From the NCBI GenBank assembly GCA_028867785.1, contig JAGWFS010000002.1:116678-148677 (forward strand): a DNA stretch of 32,000 bases, given 5' to 3'. Under the pieces are notes generated by a model, which worked only from the letters and a program-made list of their open reading frames with translations, searched no databases and had not been told where the DNA came from. Of the stretch, positions 15,189 to 23,812 are shown one piece after another. A program made the position numbers and the translations under genes. The stretch comes from Nitrososphaerota archaeon. GTDB lineage: Archaea; Thermoproteota; Nitrososphaeria; Nitrososphaerales; Nitrosopumilaceae. Position 1 is the stretch's first letter. Every line of letters begins with the position of its first letter.

Positions 15189-16523
15189 ATGTCAGGCGGA
15201 TCAACAAGCGGTAAAAATGTGAAGAAAGGATTTACAAAAAAGAACACTGTCGTGTTTGCAACAGTGGTTACTGTCTCCATTGTGTCAATATTCTATTTGC
15301 TGTCGCCTTGTGCCGTAATGCCATGCGTATCTGCAGTCAACATCATACACAGTGCGTCTGCCCAAAGGCAAAACCAGCTTGTTGATTCCAACGGCCAATC
15401 ATCGTCGCAGCAACCCCGGCTTACCCTTCCACAGCTCTATAAACAGACCCAAGACTCGGTGGTGGAGATACAAAGCACGGCTGCAAACCCTGACTCTTAT
15501 ATTATAATAAACGGTGTGCCATCCAACGAAAATACCACCATGCTTGGCTCGGGATTTTTTTATGATGATAGCGGCCGCATAGTTACAAATGCGCATGTGG
15601 TAGGAGAGGATCATGTGGTACATGTAACCCTCACTGACGGCAATATCTATACAGCAAAAGTAGTTGGAAAAGACCCGTACAATGATCTAGCCGTGGTGCA
15701 GATAATTGATAATTTTACCGGTGAAAAAATAATACCATTGCAGCTCGGAGACTCTTCCCACCTTGAGGTAGGGCAGTCTGTAGCCGCAATAGGCAATCCG
15801 TTTGGTCTTGAGGATACCATTACTAGCGGCATCATATCGCAGCTTGGCCGGTCTCTTGTTGACGAGGAAACGGGCAGATTTTCCATTCCTGATGTCATTC
15901 AAACCAGCGCTGCAATAAACCCGGGAAACTCTGGCGGACCGCTTCTTAACATGTTCGGTCAGGTAATAGGGATGAACACTGCAATAAAGACTGATACGGG
16001 CAACTTTGCAGGAATAGGGTATGCGATTCCGTCAAACCAGATTGCCAGGATAGTGCCAATCCTCATAAAGGACGGAACGTACAAGCATCCCTGGCTGGGT
16101 ATTGTGGGAAGAAGCCTGACGCCGGATATTGCCCTTGTAAACGGGCTTGCAAGAAACTTCAAGGGTGTTGTAGTAGAGAAGGTTTCAACAGACAGCTCTG
16201 CCTCCAAGGCAGGTCTTGAAGCTGCGACTGATGATCAGGACGGCATGCCACATGGAGGGGACATAATAGTCTCAGTTGACAGGCATCCAGTCAAGTCTGT
16301 TTATGACATCCTGAGTTATCTGGATGATAACAAATCCGTAGGGGATACAATGATTCTTGGAATAGACAGGGACGGCAAGATGATTGACGTAACTATGACA
16401 TTACAGGCAAGACCTCCTCCTGTGTCGCCTACTCCTCCAACCCCAACATCAAGCCCTGATTTTCCACAAATCCCAAGCTTTCCACAGATTCCAGGGTTTC
16501 CACAAATTCCGAACTTTCCATAA
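15189..16523 (+). CDS. htrA: HtrA/DegP-family serine protease (trypsin-like domain plus PDZ), membrane anchored
   Basis: It has an N-terminal TM anchor and catalytic-triad contexts TNAHVV, DLAVVQI and GNSGGPLLN. A PDZ-like region (WLGIVGRSL...GDIIVSVD) follows, then a Pro-rich C-terminal tail. Confidence 0.9.
   Translation: MSGGSTSGKNVKKGFTKKNTVVFATVVTVSIVSIFYLLSPCAVMPCVSAVNIIHSASAQRQNQLVDSNGQSSSQQPRLTLPQLYKQTQDSVVEIQSTAANPDSYIIINGVPSNENTTMLGSGFFYDDSGRIVTNAHVVGEDHVVHVTLTDGNIYTAKVVGKDPYNDLAVVQIIDNFTGEKIIPLQLGDSSHLEVGQSVAAIGNPFGLEDTITSGIISQLGRSLVDEETGRFSIPDVIQTSAAINPGNSGGPLLNMFGQVIGMNTAIKTDTGNFAGIGYAIPSNQIARIVPILIKDGTYKHPWLGIVGRSLTPDIALVNGLARNFKGVVVEKVSTDSSASKAGLEAATDDQDGMPHGGDIIVSVDRHPVKSVYDILSYLDDNKSVGDTMILGIDRDGKMIDVTMTLQARPPPVSPTPPTPTSSPDFPQIPSFPQIPGFPQIPNFP
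16461..16520 (+). repeat. 18-bp tandem repeat, 3.3 copies, coding for (FPQIPx)3FP at the HtrA C-terminus
   Basis: The units are tttccacaaatcccaagc, tttccacagattccaggg, tttccacaaattccgaac and a partial tttcca. Confidence 0.9.
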
Positions 16524-16588
16524 ATCAAAGGATTGACTGGATTATGACGGTAAAGAGAACGGCGTGGAAAGTTTGGCATCTTTTCTTA

Positions 16589-16974
16589 TCAGATGAGAAA
16601 ATTCATCATAAGGAATTTCTCGCGGTGGTTTTGTCCTTTCGACTGCCGATTTGACATCTTTTTCATATGTTTCAACAATCTCCCTATCAATTCTTCAAGT
16701 ATCTTGGTTAAGTAATGTTGTATTAGGAATTTGGCTTCAATTTTGTGTCTTTCAAACACTTGAAGGTTTTTGTGCCAATTGTACCAATTCATAGTCCAGT
16801 CTTTTTTATCAAAATCTATCGCTTGTTAGATAATTTTCTCCAAATACCAAACAAATCTTCTATAGGCATGGATTTCTTCTTTTTGTAAAATTCTATATGA
16901 TCATCCATCGTTTTTCTTGTCAGTTCATAGAGATCTTTGTATTCTTCAAACATCGAGTCATTTCTCTTATCCAT
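16589..16974 (-). pseudogene. Hypothetical gene split by one frameshift
   Basis: A 52-aa ORF (16816-16974, MDKRNDSMFEEYKDLYELTRK...) is followed by the 67-aa ORF (16589-16792). The latter's frame stays open upstream to 16825 (QAIDFDKKDWT-MNWYNWHK...), so a single indel would join them. Confidence 0.3.
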
Positions 16975-17112
16975 TAAATTAAATCATAACTTATTTTTTA
17001 ATAATTAGGACTATTAAACCTCTGTCAATCCATATATTTCCCATATTTATGGCATATATTATTGCTATAAAATACTAAATATTAATATATTAGTCTATAT
17101 TATACTATATGT

Positions 17113-17673
17113 ATGAATAACGAACCGAACACAATTTCAACAGCAACCCTTGTGTGGCTGGCAACAGCTCTCTTACATAAAGAGAGGAAAGAAGCTGAAG
17201 CATTTGAGTCAAGTGAGATTTTTGAGAAGGTAAAGAGTCTGGATCTATCGTCAGTATCTGACTCGACAATAAAAATGCACATTTCATTACACTGCGTTTC
17301 AAATGCACAATCTCAGCCAGACACCCACAAAAAACTCTTCAGAATCGCAAGGGGATGGTACAGACTTTACAGAGAGGGAGATCTATTTCACCCAAGCAGA
17401 GCACAGGGGAGAGTTCTACCTATAGCCGAAGAATTGCCATCAAAATACAGGCATCTGATTGAATGGTACAATGATGATTATTCAAAAAAACAAACTCAAC
17501 CAGCCCAGCCTAACAATGCAATATTTGTAAATATTGAAAATAATAAAACAATAATGCTACCAAATGAAATTGCCGAGTTTTTGCAGGTAGAGGACGGGGA
17601 TTATATTGCATTTATTACAAAATCAACAGATGAAGTTGTAATCAAAAAGGCCAGAATGAAGCTAGAAATATGA
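17113..17673 (+). CDS. DNA-binding protein: unknown N-terminal domain fused to a C-terminal SpoVT/AbrB-like domain
   Basis: The C-terminus IMLPNEIAEFLQVEDGDYIAFITKSTDEVVIKKA fits the AbrB swapped-hairpin pattern. The N-terminal ~120 aa (..LFRIARGWYRLY..) suggest a winged-helix-like module, which is unverified. Confidence 0.55.
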   Translation: MNNEPNTISTATLVWLATALLHKERKEAEAFESSEIFEKVKSLDLSSVSDSTIKMHISLHCVSNAQSQPDTHKKLFRIARGWYRLYREGDLFHPSRAQGRVLPIAEELPSKYRHLIEWYNDDYSKKQTQPAQPNNAIFVNIENNKTIMLPNEIAEFLQVEDGDYIAFITKSTDEVVIKKARMKLEI

Positions 17674-18256
17674 AATGAAGCAATATGATGGATAACATGG
17701 CAGAGGACTCGATACAATATCTTTTACAACCAATGTCCTGATAAATGGGAATAGACAAGAAAGAAAAGCTTTTGTTTTACATTTTTTCTGTAAGGTTATG
17801 ACAGCTCAATCGGTGGCCTCGCTTAGCTTTTCGGATGCCCAATGAGCTTGTGAGCATTTAATAGATGATATCTACGAATTTGTTGATTCGATCAATATTG
17901 TATTCCCAGGTCATGGCTATGACGTATTGGCGCGGCTCATTTGGTATCTATGAAAGCAAGTATATTAGCTGCACATGGTCCTTTCATCCAAAGTTATGTT
18001 TGTGAGACATTCATTGGTGAATTTCTTCATACTTTCACTCATATTGTGTATCCAGATTTCTTGTATGGATTTTTTGTGTTGTTGACGATATCAGGTTTGT
18101 AGACCTTCTCGGCTCAATCTTGTGGTTCGATTTCTTCAGAGTAGAATCTTCTGTCGTCTATCTTTCCTTCTTTTCTGCGCTTTTCAATTTCTGGAGAAAT
18201 CCAGATGCTCATTATGGAATTTAAAAAATTCTTGGTCCCTTCTTCATCTAACGACA

Positions 18257-18550
18257 TTATTCTTCTCTCAAGTTGTTTTCAATGTACTCAATAATTTCAC
18301 TTTTCATTCTGGGATTCAGCGACGCCGTGGTGTTCCCTTTGTGCAAAATCAGAAATCCCTCATTTGCGAGCTCCTTTACTTTTTTCTTGACGTTCTTTCC
18401 GTTGTTCCTTACCACCTGTCCAAGCCAGTTTGCCATGGTATCGATAGGAAAATAGTGCTCTCCCCACCTTCCCTTACGCATGATGAAGTTGAGAATGAGG
18501 GCCCTGAGTTCAGGGTCTTGGTAGTCTCTTTTCATAAGTACACTTAACAT
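18257..18550 (-). CDS. Putative winged-helix DNA-binding protein
   Basis: The 97 aa (probable start at MKRDYQ...) contain ...VKKKVKELANEGFLILHKGNTTASLNP, which resembles a recognition helix plus wing. It is divergent from 18598-18960. Confidence 0.45.
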   Translation of the reverse strand: MLSVLMKRDYQDPELRALILNFIMRKGRWGEHYFPIDTMANWLGQVVRNNGKNVKKKVKELANEGFLILHKGNTTASLNPRMKSEIIEYIENNLREE

Positions 18551-18597
18551 ACCTTTAGAAGTCTAGATTTAAATACTTTTGAAATGGTAGTAGTAGT

Positions 18598-18960
18598 ATG
18601 GATAGCACCGGGGGTAGTAGGGGGGGCAGCGAATACGCGTCACTGATAACAAAAGTTCTAGGCTATTCCCCAAAGATGAAGATCCTCGATTATCTTCTAG
18701 ATTTCCCAACAAACGATTTCACAAAGAAAGAGATCATAGATGCACTGGGGATGAGCAAGCAGACCTTCTACAAGTACTTTGACGACCTGGAGGATGTTGG
18801 AATTGTAAAGGTCAACAGAACAATTGGAAAGGCAAGGCTCTACATGGTTAACCGTGGCAATCCTGTTGTCAAAGATCTGGCGAATCTGGAAAGAAAAATA
18901 TCCATGCAAATAGCTGACGCAGAAGAAGAAAAGCTCGGCAAACCAATCCCTGCAAAATAA
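18598..18960 (+). CDS. Winged-helix transcriptional regulator (ArsR/TrmB-like pattern)
   Basis: KILDYLLDFPTNDFTKKEIIDALGMSKQTFYKYFDDLEDVGIVKVNRTIGKARLYMVN follows an HTH-plus-wing pattern. The size and context are typical of archaeal mobile-element regulators. Confidence 0.65.
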   Translation: MDSTGGSRGGSEYASLITKVLGYSPKMKILDYLLDFPTNDFTKKEIIDALGMSKQTFYKYFDDLEDVGIVKVNRTIGKARLYMVNRGNPVVKDLANLERKISMQIADAEEEKLGKPIPAK

Positions 18961-19024
18961 TCATGTGATCAAAGAGATGGATATCTGATCAACCTTTTAA
19001 CTCTGCCACGCACATTGGAAGATA

Positions 19025-19294
19025 ATGGTTAAAACAAAATCAATCGAAGAATCTGTAGAAAACTACGTTGGCAGCATATCAGTTGGCATGCTCAAGTACA
19101 AAAAACACCTAATGCGCGATAAAAATTTCAGCGAAGCCGATGCCATTGATAAGACATTAGAATATGGCATGGGGATGCTAAGATCTGGTTTAGGCGGTAC
19201 TATCACACCGCAGCGAGCAGCAGCATTGTTTAGAGAACAGGCCGACATTAACACTGCACTTGCAAACATATGTGAAAAGGAAGAACATTCTTAA
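19025..19294 (+). CDS. Hypothetical protein (89 aa)
   Basis: An ORF of ordinary composition immediately upstream of the ATP-grasp gene. No family was recognised. Confidence 0.4.
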   Translation: MVKTKSIEESVENYVGSISVGMLKYKKHLMRDKNFSEADAIDKTLEYGMGMLRSGLGGTITPQRAAALFREQADINTALANICEKEEHS

Positions 19295-19377
19295 TTAATA
19301 TCAAAAAATAAGACTGTTCATTGATTGAACACCGTAAAAGAATTGGAAGAACTATAGAAAAAACTATTCGTAGACAA

Positions 19378-20372
19378 ATGCATGACACGCTTACAATAGG
19401 AATCACTTTTGACACTAGGAAAGATTTCAAATTCGAACATGATGATCCATGGGACTGGGATATTGAACTCCAGGTTTCAATGTCGGTCGATGACATCTCA
19501 AGAGCACTAGAGGATCTGGGCCACAAGACAGTTTTGATTGGAAGCGGTACCACTCTAGTAGATAATTTCTCAAAACACAAAAATGAAGTTGATCTCGTTT
19601 TCAACATCGCGGAAGGAAGATTTGGAGGGGTAGGGAAGGGCAGGTACCTGCATTGCTTGAGATGGCAGGCATTCCATTTGTCGGTTCTGATTCATATGCT
19701 ACATCAGTTGCCATGAATAAATGGCATACAAAAGTAATTGGGCAAACTTATGGAATACGTACCGCACCGTTTACCGTCATAGAAAACACGGGTTTCATAA
19801 AAAAAGAAAACATCCAAAAATATCCTGTGATTGCAAAGCTTTGCTATGAAGGCAGCAGCATGGGATTGGACGAAAAATCAAAGGTTTACGATTTTAATAG
19901 TCTGCAGAAACAAGTCAAGTATCTTCTTAGAACATACAAGCAGCCTGTCTTGGTAGAGGAATTCATAACGGGAACCGAGATTGACGTGCCAATCATAGGA
20001 AATAGACCAGAGACAGTCTTTGGCATCGTTGGCATCTCTCTTGATAACAAAGAGATGGGAGACCGTCATCTCACATCAAAGATAGTATATGATGACAAGT
20101 ATTGTTTTCATTATCCAATGAACGCCTCTTTTGAAACGGAGGCAAGTCAAATGTCTCTAAAAATGTACGATATTTTGGGATGCAGGGATTTTGGTAGGAT
20201 GGATATGAGAATCAATTCCAATGGGGAGCCATATCTTCTTGAAGCACATGCACTTCCATATATCGGAAAACATAGCAGCTTTAATCACATAGCAGAAAAA
20301 AATGGAATGAAGTACAGGGACATGATTGGTATGATTCTTGACAATGCAATTGCCAGATACGGTTTTAATTAA
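19378..20372 (+). pseudogene. D-alanine--D-alanine-ligase-like ATP-grasp enzyme, interrupted by one frameshift
   Basis: The Ddl-like N-domain (..VDLVFNIAEGRFGG) is in frame 1. The continuation (REGQVPALLEMAGIPFVGSDSYATSVAMNKWHTK...PVIAKLCYEGSSMG...VLVEEFITGTEIDV) is in the frame of ORF 19653-20372. The switch lies at the G4 run 19627-19630, and adding one G restores FGGGREGQVPALLEM. Confidence 0.7.
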
Positions 20373-22903
20373 TCCCAGAGGTGTATGTCACATGTATAGT
20401 AATCCAGTTCATAGAACCATTTTTGTAACCTCTCAGTTTTGAAAATCTCTGAACTTTTCCTGGCGATTTCAGCAGATTCCTTGCCGAAACCTTTTCTGTC
20501 CAGTATTTTTGATAATAGTCGGTATCTCTTTGCAAGGATCAGTTCATCATCGTATTTGTAGTTGTGCGGTTTGAACTTCTCTAGCCACACCTGTGCCTCA
20601 TCAAACTCGCCTAGCTCGTAATGTATGGCTGCTCGGTTTAATCCATAGTAGTCATTCATCAGGCCTTCTGGATATGACAGAACCAAAGGTTCAAGATGTA
20701 TTATTACTTTTCTTGCTCTTTCTACATCGCCCGTCTGTCTTAACACATTTGCAATGTTCATGTTGACAAATATTTCGTTAAACAGTTCGCTGACATTGGC
20801 GTTTGCATCCTCAAAAAACTGCAAAGCCTTGACATAGTCATCCCTCTGTTGGTAGACCAGACCTAAGTTGTTGAGAGGTATGTCTACCTCCGGTGAATCC
20901 AAGCTTCTGAAGATCTCAAGGCTTGAACCAAGGTACTTTTCAGCATCGTCAAACTTTGCAATGTAAAAGCTCTCTGCGCCCATGTTGTTAAGACACCTTG
21001 CTTTTTCTATCTTCATTGAATATCTTTCAAATGAATCAAGTGCGTTTTTCATGAACTCTATCGCTCTTCTAGATTCGTAAATGATACCAGACTTTCTCTG
21101 CAGCTTGGCCAGTCCTATTGCATCGTTTGCCAAGTTGAAATTAATCTGACTCTTTCCAAACGCATCTGCGGCCTTTTCTCTGTGGCCAAAATGATCATAA
21201 ACCGTGGTAAGAAAAGAATAGGCCTCTCCCAATTTGTTTACATTTCCAATTTTTTCATAAATTCTCAAACTCTCCTCTAACGAAAAAATTGCTTTTTTTC
21301 CTGCATCGCCTGTTCCTTCGTATCTCCAGCATCTTCCCAAAAGCAGATTTGCTTCTGCCTTTTGTATCTCTGACAAATTAGATGTCTGAAGCAAATTATT
21401 GAGGTTTATAATGCATGATGACGTGTTGTTATTGCCAAGCAACGATCTTGCATATCCAATCTTGAGCAAGATGTGCGCTGACTCTGAAATCTGTACTCTT
21501 TTTTCCTTTATCAATTGAAAACATTCTTCGTATTGTTTTACGGAATTTGAAAAAAAGTAGTTATCAAATGACGTTTCTGCTGACAGTTCTAGATACTTTA
21601 GTGCTTTCTCCCACTCGCGACCATTGTAGTAATGATACGACGTGATAAAGGGATCTTTGTGTTTGCCAAAGTTGTTTTCTAGGAATTTTGCAATCTCTCT
21701 GTGGCATTCAACTGCAAGCGTGCCAAGCCCTGAATAGATCGTCTCCTGCGTCTTTCTGTGGTCAAAAACAAAAGTTGTACTGTCTCCTACTCTCTTTACT
21801 ATGGAATAGATATTCTCTAGGTCCTCAAGCATGTGAAAGATCTCCATCTTGTCTTTTCTCATAAAGTTGCTTATCGTATCCAGATCAAATTGATATCCAA
21901 GCACAGATGCATATGCAAGAAGGTCTCTTGCGCCTGGCAAGTCTCTGTAAACCTTCCCTAAGCGCTTGCAAATTGTCTCAGACAAGTTTTCTGGTAGTAC
22001 GTTTTCATTTAACAAATCAGAAATTACCCAATAACCATTATTGTCAATAGTTGCTGCTTTTGATTCTCTGAAGAGACCAAGGAGTGATTTCAGGAAAAAT
22101 GGGTTTCCGCTAGTTTGCTTGTACAGCAAATGCACCACATCCTTGCTGAACTTGTGTGGTCCAAGGAAACCCTGTATGAAGTTGGGGTATAGTTTTTCCG
22201 GAACTGCATCCAGTTTTATTATTGCGGATTTCTTACTGTCAAGTTTGGACAGGGTTTCAAAATATTTCCTTGCATCTAATTCCTTTTGGCTTGTAACAAA
22301 TCCTGTCCTGTATGACATGATGAACATCACTTTGTTTGTGACTTTTCTCATTAGATATGACAACAACTCAAGTGAAGTACTGTCAAACCATTGAATATCT
22401 TCTGCATGCAGCACGATTGTTTTCTTTCTTATAATCTTTTGAAATATTGCTAAATAATTAGAAAACGCATAATGGCTATTATCCACGGAATATCTGTCAA
22501 CATCAGACATTCCGCGAATGGTCTTTGTGATTTCCTGCGCTGCACCAACATAAGGTTCCAATGTTGGGACAAGTTTGGCCAAGTTTAGAATTGTATCAAG
22601 CAGGTCTCCCTTGGTAAAATCTCGATAATCTGATAAAAGCACTTTGACCATCTCTAAGAAAGGAAACAGTGGTGATTCTTGCTCCTCGTATCCTTTTGCA
22701 GTGAGTATGATTATGTCATCTGATTTTACTGAAAAAAGAAATTTGTTCACAAGAGAAGTCTTTCCCATTCCTGCTTCTCCTAGGACAAATACAAATTGGC
22801 TCTGTAAGGAATCGTTTACCTTGTAGAAAACCGCATTCAGAGTTTCCAGAACATCTTCTCTATCCAAGAAAAACTCTTGGCTTGTTACCGTTTTTTCCTT
22901 CAT
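20369..22903 (-). CDS. STAND-type NTPase (AAA_16-like P-loop domain) with a long C-terminal TPR array
   Basis: The 844 aa carry Walker A GEAGMGKTS (22754-22780), a Walker B-like TIVLHAEDIQWFD, and the GNPFF motif typical of AAA_16/MalT-like ATPases. The C-terminal ~400 aa are TPR-like repeats. I saw no effector or HTH domain. Confidence 0.85.
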   Translation of the reverse strand: MKEKTVTSQEFFLDREDVLETLNAVFYKVNDSLQSQFVFVLGEAGMGKTSLVNKFLFSVKSDDIIILTAKGYEEQESPLFPFLEMVKVLLSDYRDFTKGDLLDTILNLAKLVPTLEPYVGAAQEITKTIRGMSDVDRYSVDNSHYAFSNYLAIFQKIIRKKTIVLHAEDIQWFDSTSLELLSYLMRKVTNKVMFIMSYRTGFVTSQKELDARKYFETLSKLDSKKSAIIKLDAVPEKLYPNFIQGFLGPHKFSKDVVHLLYKQTSGNPFFLKSLLGLFRESKAATIDNNGYWVISDLLNENVLPENLSETICKRLGKVYRDLPGARDLLAYASVLGYQFDLDTISNFMRKDKMEIFHMLEDLENIYSIVKRVGDSTTFVFDHRKTQETIYSGLGTLAVECHREIAKFLENNFGKHKDPFITSYHYYNGREWEKALKYLELSAETSFDNYFFSNSVKQYEECFQLIKEKRVQISESAHILLKIGYARSLLGNNNTSSCIINLNNLLQTSNLSEIQKAEANLLLGRCWRYEGTGDAGKKAIFSLEESLRIYEKIGNVNKLGEAYSFLTTVYDHFGHREKAADAFGKSQINFNLANDAIGLAKLQRKSGIIYESRRAIEFMKNALDSFERYSMKIEKARCLNNMGAESFYIAKFDDAEKYLGSSLEIFRSLDSPEVDIPLNNLGLVYQQRDDYVKALQFFEDANANVSELFNEIFVNMNIANVLRQTGDVERARKVIIHLEPLVLSYPEGLMNDYYGLNRAAIHYELGEFDEAQVWLEKFKPHNYKYDDELILAKRYRLLSKILDRKGFGKESAEIARKSSEIFKTERLQKWFYELDYYTCDIHLWD

Positions 22904-22979
22904 TGGGTTAAGATTTAAGCTGCTTTAGAACTAATTATGTTTTGATATGAACATAATTTAATGCACATAAGGTGTATTC

Positions 22980-23420
22980 ATGCAACGAGATCATGTTAAG
23001 ATTAAACTTGCCGGTTACAGAGACGCTGAAAGTTTTCTCAGACTTGAGGCAAAGTGCTTTGACATGAAAGCGAACCGTGACACGATATATTTTTGGACGC
23101 CTGCAGTGAGTTACCTTTGGTCATACAAGGCAGAGATGAACGGAAAGATTGTCGGTGGAATAATTGCAACACCCACTAGGGATGGATGTTGGTATATCAA
23201 TTCCTTGTTTGTACACCCAACATATAGAAAGCACGGTATTGCTACTAGGCTAGTTTCAAGAATCATCAAAGTTGCAGGAAAGAAAAAAATCATTCTTGAT
23301 ACTTTTAAGGACAGGCCGTATCTTTTAGAATTCTACGGCAAGCGAGGGTTTAGGATCAAGAAATCGATGAGAAATTACTACAAAGACAACGAAAACCGAT
23401 ATCTCTTGGAGCATGTGTGA
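22980..23420 (+). CDS. GNAT-family N-acetyltransferase (RimI-like size)
   Basis: The 146 aa contain the motif A region INSLFVHPTYRKHGIATRLVSRII and a C-terminal YGKRGFRI. It is divergent from the STAND gene across a 76-bp spacer. Confidence 0.85.
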   Translation: MQRDHVKIKLAGYRDAESFLRLEAKCFDMKANRDTIYFWTPAVSYLWSYKAEMNGKIVGGIIATPTRDGCWYINSLFVHPTYRKHGIATRLVSRIIKVAGKKKIILDTFKDRPYLLEFYGKRGFRIKKSMRNYYKDNENRYLLEHV

Positions 23421-23497
23421 TTTTCTACAATCTGTATTCGAGAAAAGGATTATTCATACTTTACAACCGAATTATTTTATCCTTCCACTAAATGAAA

Positions 23498-23746
23498 TTA
23501 ACCGTTTTTTCTTTTTACAAATAATTTATTTGAAACAAAATATCCCAATTCCCAAACGAGTTTGATCATGTGACAAAAATCTTGCTCTAATTTACGACTA
23601 CTTTTGGTTTCTGTAGGATCGTATGAACACCAAGAGTCTGGCAAAACTTTTTCATCTTTGTCATTTATTGTTGCCTTTGCGGTTATGAATTCCATTCCTG
23701 CATCATCCGATATGTCATATACTTCTTTTTCAAAAGATTCACTCAT
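23498..23746 (-). CDS. Hypothetical protein (possibly the read-through tail of the decayed recombinase locus)
   Basis: This 82-aa ORF is in the same frame as ORF 23813-24106 and separated from it by a single TAG (23810-23812). No family was recognised. Confidence 0.3.
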   Translation of the reverse strand: MSESFEKEVYDISDDAGMEFITAKATINDKDEKVLPDSWCSYDPTETKSSRKLEQDFCHMIKLVWELGYFVSNKLFVKRKNG

Positions 23747-23812
23747 GTCTTTTTTCTTAGTTAAAGAATTATATCCAAATAAAAATCCACTATGCGCAAC
23801 CCTGTTTCGTTT

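Noticed and set aside
16461-16520. Short tandem direct repeats considered as a possible mini-CRISPR or other non-coding array.
   Set aside because: The units are 18 bp, contiguous with no spacers, in frame, and sit at the 3' end of the HtrA CDS (FPQIPx repeats). No CRISPR-like repeat-spacer architecture exists anywhere in the window.
19025-20372. A graspetide/microviridin-like RiPP cluster reading (small ORF as precursor, ATP-grasp ligase, nearby GNAT).
   Set aside because: The ATP-grasp sequence follows the Ddl-type pattern (..AEG..G..RE.QVPALLE..GIP..GS..) and not the RimK-like macrocyclase type. The 89-aa ORF shows no repeated Thr/Ser...Asp/Glu core motif or recognisable leader, and the GNAT is separated from it by the large STAND gene. 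I kept it only as a remote possibility.
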